DNA of 64,000 bases from Candidatus Zixiibacteriota bacterium (GCA_024641335.1 JAHEDG010000005.1:27779-91778), one strand, 5' to 3'. Positions 28,341 through 38,680 are shown, numbered from the stretch's first letter. Notes: a model not told the origin generated them from the sequence alone. Numbers and translations are program-made.

Positions 28341-30257
28341 CTACCTCAAAAATTGCAGTAATGACGGCTGAAGCATTTTCGAGGCCGATGCCAGCGCCGC
28401 CTGGTAAGCCGCTTCCGCGGTAGCCAGATCGGTGATTATTCTGGCAAAATCGGCATCTTCGATTTCAGACAGCTGGTTGGTAACCTGTATCTCGAACGAA
28501 AGGAGCCGGTATGATGCCGTCTCGCCCCTGTTAACTCTCGATCCGACGTCCGCTCTCTCATTGAGAACCTTATCCAGAGAGCCGTCAAATGTCTCCAGAC
28601 ATAAGCCGATCTCTTCGGTTTCGTTATTTTCAAGCGATCTGGATAGTACCATCATATTTCCCAAAATATCGGGGGAACCGAATATCCCGAGATCCTTGGC
28701 CGTTCGTCCGCCATCGGCCTCTATCACCATCAGAGATTGTCCCTCGACTTTGGAGAATAGCACGATTCCTGTTTTCTGTTCGTTTATCCTCGCCTCGACA
28801 TCGACCCCCGATGAGTTGATAAGATTGATAACATCCATAATTGTAGCGTCGGGATTACTGGTCATCGGAGAAAGATCGATATCCTTGGAGTTATGCCCGT
28901 TAGTTATTCTGAATTTCCCAAGGGGAAATCCCTGACCGTTGTTTAAAGCTGTCAGCTTGGTGAAGTAGGCGATTTCCGGGTCGAGATCATTTCCATCCAG
29001 GTAATTGAATTCGGCCTGCTTCAAAAGCCCCAAATTCTTGGCCGTGTTCTCGCCTGGAGCGTTTTCGACCACCTGAATATGCAAAGGAGCCAGATCCGTG
29101 CCTTCCATGCTCGATAATACCTCGCCCAGAATGCCCAAATCGGCCGCCGTATGGCTGCCCGACGCAACTTCTGTTATTACAATATCCAAAGGCGCGACAT
29201 TGGTATCTGTTATATGAAGAGCGTTTTTCTCCAGGTCTATCGACGCCGTGACATTGTTTATACCTCCGGCGGGCAGTTGCGTATTGATAGCCGTAAGGAC
29301 GTCCCCGACCGTAACCGCCGCGGTTATATCCACATCGACCGCCACCCCTCCGGCGGTTTCGAAATGTATCAGCCCTGTCGATTGATCTATACCCAGGCCG
29401 CCGTTAAGCAGGCTCAATGGGGTATTGGGATTAATATGATGAAGCGACGTATCTTCGAAAGCGAAGCCGCTCCCGGCATTATTTATCGTCGCGGTCAGAT
29501 TCGGGATAGCCAGGCCATTGACAGCGTCCATAATATCCTGAATATTCCTGGCCGCGGAAACGTCAACCACGTATTCGCCGTTTAGAGTTCTTATATTAAA
29601 TAAGCCTGCCCCCAGATCGACACCGTTGCCGTTATAAAGATAATCGAGCCATAAAGTTGGTTGTATGCCGACACTTAAGTCATGACCGTCCCCCAATGTG
29701 CGGGATGGAGAAGTCAGAAAATCCGCGGCATTGGAGTTTATCCCCAGATATGAGGCCGATTCGGTTTCCAGTAGTATTTTGGAGAAATCCCCCTGGTAGA
29801 CGATCCCCATGGCGTTGACATTAAACGGTTTGACATTGGTTCGGGTACCGGAGAAAATATAATTCCCCTCGAACTGCGTATTGGCGGCATCGATTATCTG
29901 ATCGAACAAATCTCTGATTTGGGTAGCCCCGCCCCGCCTGGCATTTTCGTCATAAGTATCGTTGGCCAGCTGAACACCCAGCTCCTTGGCGCTGGAAACC
30001 AGATCATTTATATTGCCCAAAGCCTGATCGGAAAATCCGAGCCAGGATAAACCCTGGTCTATATTTTTTCTAAACTGGGCCAAATCGGCGAGGTCCGATC
30101 TGAATCCGAGATCCTTGGTTATTCCGATAGGGTCATCGGACGGACGGTTAATACGTCGACCGGAGCTGGCCAGGGTTTGTAACCGCAGGAACCGCGACTG
30201 CGCCAGAGATAAATTCCTGGTCACGGTGTTGTTGATCATGTTCGAGGTTATTCTCAT
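28341..30257 (-). CDS. flgL: flagellar hook-associated protein 3 FlgL (638 aa)
   Basis: The N-terminus MRITSNMINNTVTRNLSLAQSRFLRLQTLASSGRRINRPSDDPIG and the C-terminus ...AYQAALASASKMLQPSLLQFLR are flagellin-like termini. A long central insert is present. Confidence 0.85.
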   Translation of the reverse strand: MRITSNMINNTVTRNLSLAQSRFLRLQTLASSGRRINRPSDDPIGITKDLGFRSDLADLAQFRKNIDQGLSWLGFSDQALGNINDLVSSAKELGVQLANDTYDENARRGGATQIRDLFDQIIDAANTQFEGNYIFSGTRTNVKPFNVNAMGIVYQGDFSKILLETESASYLGINSNAADFLTSPSRTLGDGHDLSVGIQPTLWLDYLYNGNGVDLGAGLFNIRTLNGEYVVDVSAARNIQDIMDAVNGLAIPNLTATINNAGSGFAFEDTSLHHINPNTPLSLLNGGLGIDQSTGLIHFETAGGVAVDVDITAAVTVGDVLTAINTQLPAGGINNVTASIDLEKNALHITDTNVAPLDIVITEVASGSHTAADLGILGEVLSSMEGTDLAPLHIQVVENAPGENTAKNLGLLKQAEFNYLDGNDLDPEIAYFTKLTALNNGQGFPLGKFRITNGHNSKDIDLSPMTSNPDATIMDVINLINSSGVDVEARINEQKTGIVLFSKVEGQSLMVIEADGGRTAKDLGIFGSPDILGNMMVLSRSLENNETEEIGLCLETFDGSLDKVLNERADVGSRVNRGETASYRLLSFEIQVTNQLSEIEDADFARIITDLATAEAAYQAALASASKMLQPSLLQFLR

Positions 30258-30454
30258 AAATTCCCTCCGGAATTCTCATTATTCCGGCCGCCGGTCCATA
30301 CGATTTTATCGCAATCGGAAGGCGCACCGAAAAAACTGATCCTGTCTCCCGTGATCTCCCATTCGATTAGCGGAGTATGATCCTGCCAGATACCGGGATC
30401 TTTCGATTTATATCCTATTCCCGTGTTTTCATCCGATACTTTTCTGCCCGGCAT
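30254..30454 (-). CDS. hypothetical 66-aa protein translationally coupled to flgL
   Basis: Its TGA stop overlaps the flgL ATG (ATGA), and it lies 7 nt after csrA. No recognisable domain. Confidence 0.3.
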   Translation of the reverse strand: MPGRKVSDENTGIGYKSKDPGIWQDHTPLIEWEITGDRISFFGAPSDCDKIVWTGGRNNENSGGNL

Positions 30455-30461
30455 TTCCGAC

Positions 30462-30701
30462 CTACTTCTTCTTTTTGGCTCTGATGATCCTGGCCATTTC
30501 CTGAAGGTCCTCTTTCAATGACATCGAAGCCTTCACATTTTCACTCTGTATCTTCCTGAAAATCTCTTCTCTATAAACCGAAACTCGTTCAGGGGCGGTA
30601 ATTCCGATTTTTACCTGCTTACCCGATATCCCCAGCACAGCTATTTTAATATCGTCGCCGATGGCTATCGATTCCCCCGACTTCCGTGTCAGAATTAACA
30701 T
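30462..30701 (-). CDS. csrA: carbon storage regulator CsrA
   Basis: 79 aa; [47 protein letters not shown] is the canonical CsrA sequence. Confidence 0.9.
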   Translation of the reverse strand: MLILTRKSGESIAIGDDIKIAVLGISGKQVKIGITAPERVSVYREEIFRKIQSENVKASMSLKEDLQEMARIIRAKKKK

Positions 30702-30728
30702 TGGGACCTCCCTGACCCAATTACATTA

Positions 30729-32123
30729 TTAATAGCCCGAAACTCCCATTTGATTTATTACAGTATTCAACGCTGAATCCATTACCGTTATGATCCTCGC
30801 GGCAGCCTCGTAGGCATGCTGAAACTGAATCATATTGGCCATCTCTTCATCAAGCGATACACCGCTCAAGGATTCCTTCGAATTGGCGATCTGGGATACC
30901 AACGCCTGCTGATTCTGCTCCAGGTTCTGCGCTTCCTGCGACTGCACCCCGATTTTTCCTATTATCGAGTTGTAATATTCGCCGAATGTCGCCTGTCCGT
31001 TGTTCAACCGTAAAGCGTCGCGTAAAGCCGCGATATTCAAAGCGTTGGAATTGTCCCCTTCCTCTGAATTGAGACCCGCGGATATATGATTTACATCTTC
31101 CAAAATCAAATGATGCAGACCTATATCGTCGGCCCCGGTGGTATCGGGATCAAAAAAATCTATTCCGGTATTACCGTCAAGATCGACACCCAGACGGTGA
31201 ATTTCGTTGACACCCTTAACCAATTCCCGCGCTAATATATCGAGTTGGTCCTGCTGATTGACCACTACCTCATCCCTGGCTTCGAGTAGACCTTCCATCT
31301 GTCCTCCGGGATGGGTAATGTCTATTCCAGTGTTTTCAAGAAATACCCTATGGGTAACATTAACCCCGTCCGATTGCGTCTCCGTACCCAAAGAGAGATA
31401 CCCGGTCCCATCGACCAGGGCCATGCCTCCCAGGAGAACAGTATATGATCCTGAAGGTTGCGGTATTACCGAAACCGAAACCCATTGGGATACAGTATCC
31501 ACCAGATAATCCCGCCGATCGCGAAGATCGTTGGCTTGATGCCCGGTCAATTCGGCAGAGGCTATCTGTCCGTTGAGATCCGCGATTTGAGCAGATATCG
31601 TGTTGATCTGCTCGGTCATTGTGGTTATTTCGGAATCCAGAGAATCTCTCAGGTCTTTAAGCTGGGTGGAAAGATGATGAAACGAATTGACCAATAACAG
31701 AGCCTGCTCGCGAAGCGCGACCCTGGCCGATTCACTTTGGGGATTATTGGCCAGATCCTGCCAGCCGTTCCAGAATTCGTCCAGTTGTGCCGACAACCCG
31801 GTGTCCTCCGGCTCGTTGACAATACCCTCGATCTGATTCCAGGTTTGAGATAAAAACTGCCAGCGTCCTAATTTATGGGATTCGCTCCTGAATTGCTGAT
31901 CCAGGAATACGGATCTCATCCTTCTTATATCGGTGATCTGAACCCCGGTGCCGAGACTTCCGAATGTGGTCAACATCGGGTCGTTGTTGCTGAAAATTCC
32001 ATCCTGACGGCTGAAACCCGGCGTGTTCACGTTGGCTACATTATGACCCGTCAGGTTCAGCGAAAGCTGTTGGGCTATTAGCGCCCGTCTGCCTATTTCC
32101 AGTCCTACATTCGGTCCGTACAT
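30729..32123 (-). CDS. flgK: flagellar hook-associated protein 1 FlgK
   Basis: 464 aa; LEIGRRALIAQQLSLNLTGHNVANVNTPGFSRQ at the N-terminus and a ...MIQFQHAYEAAARIITVMD C-terminus. Confidence 0.9.
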   Translation of the reverse strand: MYGPNVGLEIGRRALIAQQLSLNLTGHNVANVNTPGFSRQDGIFSNNDPMLTTFGSLGTGVQITDIRRMRSVFLDQQFRSESHKLGRWQFLSQTWNQIEGIVNEPEDTGLSAQLDEFWNGWQDLANNPQSESARVALREQALLLVNSFHHLSTQLKDLRDSLDSEITTMTEQINTISAQIADLNGQIASAELTGHQANDLRDRRDYLVDTVSQWVSVSVIPQPSGSYTVLLGGMALVDGTGYLSLGTETQSDGVNVTHRVFLENTGIDITHPGGQMEGLLEARDEVVVNQQDQLDILARELVKGVNEIHRLGVDLDGNTGIDFFDPDTTGADDIGLHHLILEDVNHISAGLNSEEGDNSNALNIAALRDALRLNNGQATFGEYYNSIIGKIGVQSQEAQNLEQNQQALVSQIANSKESLSGVSLDEEMANMIQFQHAYEAAARIITVMDSALNTVINQMGVSGY

Positions 32124-32124
32124 T

Positions 32125-32631
32125 TTATACCGTCCTCGAAAGCAATGAACCTTTGTCGGAGACTCCGTAACTATTTTTTATCGGGTTCTCATAAGTCGCT
32201 TTGGGATTGTTCACGTCCCTTATGAAATTAACTGTCTGCCTGATTATGCTCATAGATTGATCGATAAGCAATTCATTGCGGTTCTTCTGCGTCGAGACTT
32301 TTTGATGAATATCCATAATAGTATTCTTCAGTCTCTCCAACTCCTCGAAATTGGGGCCTTTCAGACGTTCGAGTATACGGCTTACGGTCACTTCGTCGGG
32401 ATTCATTTCCAGCTTCCTCGAGATTTTATCGACAATACCTCGTCGCCCGTTTTCCAGCGAGATCGCTTCCTGGGCCAGCATGTTGATTACTTCGACGCTC
32501 TTTCTTACTCCGTCGAGATTGTTGGCTATCAGAAAATCCTGCTGCTCTGTCAGTTTTTGAAGATATTGAACAAAAACCCTATGCTCGGCTTTCAGTACAG
32601 CAATCAGCTCTCTTAATTCTCTTTCCATCAT
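32125..32631 (-). CDS. flgN: flagellar biosynthesis chaperone FlgN-like
   Basis: 168 aa and helical. LRELIAVLKAEHRVFVQYLQKLTEQQDFLIANNLDGVRKSVE matches the FlgN pattern, and the gene sits just upstream of flgK. Confidence 0.6.
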   Translation of the reverse strand: MMERELRELIAVLKAEHRVFVQYLQKLTEQQDFLIANNLDGVRKSVEVINMLAQEAISLENGRRGIVDKISRKLEMNPDEVTVSRILERLKGPNFEELERLKNTIMDIHQKVSTQKNRNELLIDQSMSIIRQTVNFIRDVNNPKATYENPIKNSYGVSDKGSLLSRTV

Positions 32632-32669
32632 TTATTCCATCGGCATAAGATCATTTTAAATAACCACTT

Positions 32670-33542
32670 TTATTCCGAGCTCATTGACGACATCACTTTT
32701 CGGACATAATTCCGGGTTTCCGGAAATGGCGGTATCCCGTCGTATCTTTCCACCATCGACGGCCCGGCATTATACGAAGCCAGAGCTTTCTGCAAATCTC
32801 CCCCAAACCGCTTCATCAGCATAGAGAGATATTTGGCCCCGCCCATAATATTCTGGACTGGATTAAATGGATCCTGAACCCCGACCATAGCGGCGGTGGA
32901 ATCTATTAGCTGCATTAATCCTTTGGCTCCCTTACCCGAAACAGCTCTCGGATCTCCCGCGGACTCATGCTTGATAACCGCCTTGATCAGCTTGGGCTCC
33001 AACTCATATTTTTCGGCCGCCTGGTTGATAATATGATCGAATCGCGAGAGAGTATCATGATCGATAGGCTTAGCTCCGCCGCTTTGAACTCCTCTGCCCG
33101 AAATCTCCGTCAACATGGGTTCGACCACGGTCATATCAGGTTTGATTTCCATCTGTTTAATCTCCGGCTGCCTGATAATACTGGTATCCAGCCCTTTTCC
33201 CGCTTCGACCCCTTTTTGCCCGGTTACCAGTGACGCGTACTGATTGAACAATAAATCGCCGATCTTGAATTGGCTAGTTCTGGACATTTCCTCTGCCAGC
33301 TTGCCGTCAAACATTTCCTTATAAATATCGTTGCCCAGGCCTCCCCCGAACAAATCCGATTCCTCCGAGGCTTTTCTCATACTCTTGAGCATAAACGAGA
33401 TAAAAATCGCCTCGAAATCCTTGCAGGCCTTCTGCAATTTCTCGAGCTTTACGTCCTGCTTGTCCTTAGCCGAAACCGGAGAACTTTGGGCCGCGGGCTT
33501 ATCGGCCAGAAACTGAGAGATATTCGGATTGAATATTTTCAT
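32670..33542 (-). CDS. flgJ: FlgJ: N-terminal rod-binding domain fused to a C-terminal SLT-type lytic transglycosylase
   Basis: The N-terminus FEAIFISFMLKSMRKASEES...DIYKEMFDGKLAEEMS is a rod-binding domain. The C-terminus ESAGDPRAVSGKGAKGLMQLIDSTA...SYNAGPSMV carries the SLT family motif. Confidence 0.75.
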   Translation of the reverse strand: MKIFNPNISQFLADKPAAQSSPVSAKDKQDVKLEKLQKACKDFEAIFISFMLKSMRKASEESDLFGGGLGNDIYKEMFDGKLAEEMSRTSQFKIGDLLFNQYASLVTGQKGVEAGKGLDTSIIRQPEIKQMEIKPDMTVVEPMLTEISGRGVQSGGAKPIDHDTLSRFDHIINQAAEKYELEPKLIKAVIKHESAGDPRAVSGKGAKGLMQLIDSTAAMVGVQDPFNPVQNIMGGAKYLSMLMKRFGGDLQKALASYNAGPSMVERYDGIPPFPETRNYVRKVMSSMSSE

Positions 33543-34657
33543 TACATGATCACCAGTTCCGCTCTCAACGCTCCCGCTAACTTTAAGGCCTGGAAAATGG
33601 CGATAATATCCCTGGGAGTAGCTCCGATCTGGTTCAGCGCTTCGGCCAGATCGCCTATGCTGGCTTTTTCCTCAAAATGAATTATCCGAGCTTCCTCCGC
33701 CTCGGCGGTTATTTCAGAATCGCGGGTTAATACCGTTTTGCCCTGCGAGAATGGCTGAGGCTGCGAGACCTGCGGAGTCGCCTTGATCTCAATCTTCAAA
33801 TTGCCGTGCGCCAACGCTACGGCCGAGAGAGTCACGAACTCCCCGGCCACGATCGTGCCGGTTTTTTCATTGATAACCACTCGCGCCACCGCGTCCGGTA
33901 TTATCTCCAGAGTTTCCACTCTGGAAATCAAATCGACCAGCCCGCCCGGAGTGCGAAATCCCGTCGGGATTCTTACTGTGACATTCCCCTCGTCCATAGC
34001 CACAGCCATACCGGGATCTACCGTCGCGTTGATCTTATCGGCCACTCTTTTCGACGTGGTAAAATCGGGATTGATGAGATTGATAGAGAGAACCTCCGGA
34101 TTGATATCGAAATCCCTCTGGGCTTCGACAATCGCCCCGCCCGGGATTCTGCCCACCAGAGTGTAATTTTCGCTGATCTTATCTCCTCCGCTGGTCTGGG
34201 CGTTGAAACCTCCTATGGAAATAGGCCCTTGAGCCATAGCGTAAACGGTTCCATCGGTCCCTGTTAACGGTGTCACCAGGAGCATTCCGCCCTGAAGAGA
34301 CGACGCGTCCCCCATCGATGATACGGTGCAATCGAGATTAGAACCTATCCTGGCGTATGACGGTATCCGTCCGGTAACCATAACCGCGGCGACATTTTTC
34401 ACCTTTACCTGACCGGCCGAAAGCGTTATTCCCATTCTCTCCATCATATTGGTCAACGACTGCATGGTAAAACCGGCGCTTTTGGAATCACCTGTGCCGT
34501 CAAGCCCGACAACCAGTCCGTAGCCGATCAGCTGCATGTCGTTATCGAGCTGAAAAGAAGCGATATCTTTTAGCCGGACAGTCGATGCCTGACTACTGAC
34601 TAAAGCGGTCGTTAAGACCGCGCTCATCGCTACAAACGCTGCAATTATCTTTTTCAT
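33542..34657 (-). CDS. flgI: flagellar P-ring protein FlgI
   Basis: 371 aa with a signal peptide and RLKDIASFQLDNDMQLIGYGLVVGLDGTGD. Confidence 0.9.
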   Translation of the reverse strand: MKKIIAAFVAMSAVLTTALVSSQASTVRLKDIASFQLDNDMQLIGYGLVVGLDGTGDSKSAGFTMQSLTNMMERMGITLSAGQVKVKNVAAVMVTGRIPSYARIGSNLDCTVSSMGDASSLQGGMLLVTPLTGTDGTVYAMAQGPISIGGFNAQTSGGDKISENYTLVGRIPGGAIVEAQRDFDINPEVLSINLINPDFTTSKRVADKINATVDPGMAVAMDEGNVTVRIPTGFRTPGGLVDLISRVETLEIIPDAVARVVINEKTGTIVAGEFVTLSAVALAHGNLKIEIKATPQVSQPQPFSQGKTVLTRDSEITAEAEEARIIHFEEKASIGDLAEALNQIGATPRDIIAIFQALKLAGALRAELVIM

Positions 34658-34658
34658 A

Positions 34659-35243
34659 TCAAAATATCCAGTTTACTATTCTTGTGATTAACCCGGGTCG
34701 AGCCGCGTCATGGGTCTGCCCTTTGCCGTTAAACGATACCTGGGCGTCAGCTATCTGATAGGAATATATCGTGTTTTCCGAAGTAACATCCTTGACCCGG
34801 ACAATACCGGAAAGATGCAAAGTCTCTTTATCCGAGTTGATATTCATGACCCGGCTGCCCTCTATGATCAAATCCCCGTTTTCAGAAATTCCTATTATGC
34901 GAACCGTCATCTTCGCCCTGATACTGCCGTTTTTCTCCAGACGACCTTCACCGTCAAACTCGTTCTTGTCCTCGGCCGACATGCCGAAAGGCGCGAAGAA
35001 TTTCAACCCCCCCATGCCGGGACCTCCGGCCACCTCGCCTTTGGTCGATTTTTTCGTTGTCGCTTTGGCTTTGTTGCTGGCGCTGGCGTCCTCTACTATA
35101 AAGACCGTTATCAGATCCCCTATCTTATGGGCTTTGATATCTGTGAACATCGACTTGCTTTTCGCCTCAGTGAACGTATCGCCGATGGCTATGCTCGAGG
35201 TCATTAGAAACGGCAAAACCGATAATAGAATCAATCTTTTCAA
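34659..35243 (-). CDS. flgH: flagellar L-ring lipoprotein FlgH
   Basis: 194 aa with a signal peptide and MFTDIKAHKIGDLITVFIVEDASASNKA. Confidence 0.85.
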   Translation of the reverse strand: MKRLILLSVLPFLMTSSIAIGDTFTEAKSKSMFTDIKAHKIGDLITVFIVEDASASNKAKATTKKSTKGEVAGGPGMGGLKFFAPFGMSAEDKNEFDGEGRLEKNGSIRAKMTVRIIGISENGDLIIEGSRVMNINSDKETLHLSGIVRVKDVTSENTIYSYQIADAQVSFNGKGQTHDAARPGLITRIVNWIF

Positions 35244-35252
35244 TTTTCCTCC

Positions 35253-35915
35253 TTATTGGGATATGACCACGGTCAGCGAATCGGCTACCAGCGCGTACAC
35301 GACTTTTCTCGTGTCGGTATTCATCACCCGCACACGGTCGCCCTCCGACCCCGGCTGCTTGACTATGCCGTTGGCCTTGAGAGTCAACGATCCGCTGTTA
35401 TAGATTATCTCGACTTTATCGCCCGGACGAACTGCCGGATGATCTCCCGCCAGGGACGCCGTAATTATCCGTCCCGACGGTATATAGTTTAACGCTACTT
35501 TATTAATTAGCTGTTCGGACAAGACCAGCGGTTCCTCGTTCAATTCGGAGATATCCCTTTGCTGAAAGATCAAATTCTCCATATCCAGAGGCATGCCGGA
35601 TTTGATCGGCGTTGATGCCGTCAGCACGTTCTTGAGAATGCCGACCTTGACCGTTCCATTGGTTTTGTAAATTCTTTCGCCACGGTTGAAAAAGGAAAAC
35701 CGTACCACAACCTGCCCTCTGGGCAGATCTTTGCCGTAGCCGTCGATCGCTACGCTGTCGAATTCCGGAACCTGCCGCAAATTCAACCTGGAAAAATCGC
35801 AGATATATTCGGCTTTTTCCAACGGGTAATGAGCTTTCAGATGATCGGTTACCGCTCTTTCGATATCGGCGGCGCCTAACGAAATCAGGACTAACGGATA
35901 AAGAAATATCTTCAT
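35253..35915 (-). CDS. flgA: flagellar P-ring assembly chaperone FlgA
   Basis: 220 aa with a signal peptide and a C-terminal SAF-like domain (IKSGMPLDMENL...RPGDKVEIIYNSGSLTLKANGIVKQPGSEGDRVRVMN). Confidence 0.75.
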   Translation of the reverse strand: MKIFLYPLVLISLGAADIERAVTDHLKAHYPLEKAEYICDFSRLNLRQVPEFDSVAIDGYGKDLPRGQVVVRFSFFNRGERIYKTNGTVKVGILKNVLTASTPIKSGMPLDMENLIFQQRDISELNEEPLVLSEQLINKVALNYIPSGRIITASLAGDHPAVRPGDKVEIIYNSGSLTLKANGIVKQPGSEGDRVRVMNTDTRKVVYALVADSLTVVISQ

Positions 35916-35916
35916 C

Positions 35917-36705
35917 TTACCTCTTCAGATTATTGGCGATCTCTGTCATCTGTTCGGATGTCTGTATGGCCTTGGAGTTGATTTCGTATGCCCTTTGGGC
36001 GATAATCATATTGACCATCTCCTCAACTATCTCCACGTTGGACATCTCCAGATAACCCTGGTTGATTCTTCCGAACCCCTCTAATGTAGGACTCCCGAGA
36101 ATCGGCGCTCCGGCGGCGGATGTCTCCAGGTAAAGGTTATGACCTATAGCTTCGAGTCCGGACGGGTTGATGAATTTGGCCAGTTCGAGCTGACCTACTT
36201 CCTGCGGATCAGGATCGCCGGCAATTCTTACGCTTACTATGCCGTCCGCGCTGACACTGAAATAATCGGCATCGGCGGGAATAGTAATTCCCGGCTGCAG
36301 ATAAAAACCGTCAGCCGTAACTAACTGCCCGTCGGCCGATAGCTTGAAGGAACCGTCGCGGGTATAGGCTGTCGCGCCGTTAGGCATAAGTACCTGAAAA
36401 AAACCGTTCCCCTCTATAGCCAGATCCATCGGATTACCGCTTTGCTGAAGATTCCCTTCGGTAAATGAACGCTGGGTTGCCACCGGCCGGACTCCGTAAC
36501 CGACATCCAACCCTACGGGGGTGCTGTTGCCGGCGGCCGATTCCGCCCCCGCGCTTCTTAGCCGCTGATATAAAACGTCCTGAAATTCGACTTTTGATTT
36601 TTTATATCCGGTGGTATTCACATTGGCCAGGTTGTTGGCGATCGTATCGACATTGAGCTGCTGGGAGAACATTCCCGAAGCCGCTGTACGCATAGCTTTA
36701 ATCAT
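35917..36705 (-). CDS. flgG: flagellar distal rod protein FlgG
   Basis: 262 aa; MIKAMRTAASGMFSQQLNVDTIANNLANVNTTGYKK... and a ...QRAYEINSKAIQTSEQM C-terminus. Confidence 0.9.
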   Translation of the reverse strand: MIKAMRTAASGMFSQQLNVDTIANNLANVNTTGYKKSKVEFQDVLYQRLRSAGAESAAGNSTPVGLDVGYGVRPVATQRSFTEGNLQQSGNPMDLAIEGNGFFQVLMPNGATAYTRDGSFKLSADGQLVTADGFYLQPGITIPADADYFSVSADGIVSVRIAGDPDPQEVGQLELAKFINPSGLEAIGHNLYLETSAAGAPILGSPTLEGFGRINQGYLEMSNVEIVEEMVNMIIAQRAYEINSKAIQTSEQMTEIANNLKR

Positions 36706-36718
36706 GAATTCCTCCTGT

Positions 36719-37450
36719 TTATACTATCCGCCCGAGATCGTTGACCGCTTTATCAAGGGTCTCGTCCTGGGCGCTGATCGCTTTCTGTCCGGCCTCGAAA
36801 GCCCGGAAAGATGCCAGCATATCGACCATCACGTCGACAACATTTACATTGGATTTCTCCAGATATCCCTGTCGAACCTGAAAATTATCGGCCGGTTTTT
36901 CCTGGCCGGTCGCCTGGGCCGCAGCGAAATAGGAATCTCCTTCCTTATTCAAAGCGTAAGGTTTCTCGAAATCCACGACTTTGATCTTACCCACTGTGGA
37001 ACCATCGACAGAAACCGTACCGTCCATACCGACTGTGAAATTATCGCCTGAAACAGTCAATGGCCCCGATTCGGTCAATACCGGGTTACCATTGGGATCG
37101 CTGAGTATTCCCTGCGGCGAAAGCAGAAAATTCCCGGATCGGGTATACCTGGGACCGGCTTCGGTCTCGACAACAAAAAAGCCGTTCCCTTCCAAAGCGA
37201 GGTTCTTATCATTGCCTGTATCTTCCAGATCTCCCTGGCTGAAATCGGTATAAATACCATCAACCATCGGAGTCTCCCAGGGAACATCCGTTATCAGTGA
37301 TTCTTTGGAGGCATCATTGAGAACCTGCAAGAATATGCCGTCCTTCTTGAATCCCGGAGTGTTCACATTCGCCATGTTGTTGGCGAAACTCTCCTGCTTC
37401 AGTATCCGGGGCAGCATCCCCGACGCCGAGCTGTAAATCCCTTTGATCAT
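36719..37450 (-). CDS. flgF: flagellar proximal rod protein FlgF
   Basis: 243 aa; MIKGIYSSASGMLPRILKQESFANNMANVNTPGFKKD and a FlgF/FlgG-family C-terminus. Confidence 0.8.
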   Translation of the reverse strand: MIKGIYSSASGMLPRILKQESFANNMANVNTPGFKKDGIFLQVLNDASKESLITDVPWETPMVDGIYTDFSQGDLEDTGNDKNLALEGNGFFVVETEAGPRYTRSGNFLLSPQGILSDPNGNPVLTESGPLTVSGDNFTVGMDGTVSVDGSTVGKIKVVDFEKPYALNKEGDSYFAAAQATGQEKPADNFQVRQGYLEKSNVNVVDVMVDMLASFRAFEAGQKAISAQDETLDKAVNDLGRIV

Positions 37451-37713
37451 TCAAACCCCCAAATTGACAATAATACCCACCGGCACTAAAGCAATCCGTA
37501 TGCCCTTTTGGCTGCTCTTTCAAAAAATAATCAGAGGCTTAAAAAGAGAACTTATTGGCCAGCCTAATCTCTTATAGTTTAACGAGATACGCTTACGCCG
37601 ATCCTACGGACAAACAGCCGGGTCGAGAGCCCGCTTCGGTAAACCGAATTTCCAGCAGGAAAATCTTTCTGGTGAGTATGATTTTTTTTCCGGGTATCCT
37701 AATAATCCAATAG

Positions 37714-37744
37714 AAAATCGACCCCTCGATAGGAGTCGATTTTT
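37714..37744 (-). terminator. bidirectional intrinsic terminator after the last receiver gene
   Basis: AAAAUCGAC-(uccuaucgaggg)-GUCGAUUUU followed by cuauu on the minus strand. A T-run is present on both strands. Confidence 0.5.
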
Positions 37745-37774
37745 GGGACTTTGGAATTTCAGCAAAATAGATCT

Positions 37775-38197
37775 TCAGGAATTGTAGGATACGGGCTGAT
37801 CAGCGGTAGATTTATTGCGCGCCGAAAGCAGACGCCAATAAGCTCTCTCGATAATCAATGAGACCTCGTGGCTCTTGAACGGTTTGGAGAGATATTCATC
37901 AGCGCCCTTGGTCAAGGCTTCCTTGACAGTATAAGCGTCGCCATACCCGGTCATGACAATTACCGCCATATCCGGCCATTCCGATTTCACTTTTGTCAAA
38001 AGCTCAAAACCGTTCATTCCGGGCATTTTGACATCGGACACCAACAAATCGAATTTCTCTATACGCAGTTTTTCCAGTGCTTCCGTAGCCGAGGAAGCCA
38101 GCGTAACCTTGTATCCTTCGATCTCGAGGATTTTTAAAAGCAAATTCCTCATCATCGCTTCATCGTCCGCGACAAGGATCTTTACATGTTCTTTCAT
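37775..38197 (-). CDS. stand-alone response-regulator receiver protein (CheY-like)
   Basis: 140 aa; ILVADDEAMMR...DLLVSDVKMPGMNG...VIVMTGYGD...SKPF shows all REC catalytic residues. Confidence 0.85.
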   Translation of the reverse strand: MKEHVKILVADDEAMMRNLLLKILEIEGYKVTLASSATEALEKLRIEKFDLLVSDVKMPGMNGFELLTKVKSEWPDMAVIVMTGYGDAYTVKEALTKGADEYLSKPFKSHEVSLIIERAYWRLLSARNKSTADQPVSYNS

Positions 38198-38289
38198 GCC
38201 CCTTTACTCCTTTATTAATATATCCGGGTCACGATGCATAGCAAGTTAGGTATCAGCTATTCTTAATATCGAATGTTTTCCCAGGATGT

Positions 38290-38673
38290 TTAATTATATT
38301 TTTGTGTTTTACTTGACAACAAATCCGAGATATTCTTCTTTATTTCGTTTAATTTGAAAGGTTTTCTCAATAACTTGTAATTGGTCAATACGTCCCAGTT
38401 TATGGAACTGCCCGATAAATCCACTCCGGCGGTCAAAATAACCGGAGTCTCGATAGACTGGTTTCTCATATTTATCAACAGCTCGTCCCCTCTCATTCTG
38501 GGTAATCCGATATCCGAAATAATCAAATCGAAACAGTCGGATTTCATCATCTTCCAGGCGTCCTCGCCGCTGGCGGCCAGATTTATATCATAGCCGAACC
38601 GCGTGACTATCTCGCCCACCACGTCCCTTACTTCCTTGACATCTTCGACAATCAATACTCTGCCCCTGGACAT
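38290..38673 (-). CDS. stand-alone response-regulator receiver protein
   Basis: 127 aa; VLIVEDVKEVRD...DLIISDIGLPRMRG...LRKPF. Confidence 0.85.
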   Translation of the reverse strand: MSRGRVLIVEDVKEVRDVVGEIVTRFGYDINLAASGEDAWKMMKSDCFDLIISDIGLPRMRGDELLINMRNQSIETPVILTAGVDLSGSSINWDVLTNYKLLRKPFKLNEIKKNISDLLSSKTQKYN

Positions 38674-38680
38674 AAAACGC

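Noticed and set aside
34771-35403. 210-aa plus-strand ORF spanning flgH and flgA
   Set aside because: It is antisense to two well-supported ring genes and is treated as a shadow ORF.
37451-37713. c-di-GMP riboswitch or sigma-28/sigma-54 promoter in the 263-nt flgF leader
   Set aside because: Several small hairpins are present but no GEMM-like conserved segments. The best sigma-28-like match has an 18-nt spacer and the sigma-54-like match lacks the -12 GC. No confident call could be made.
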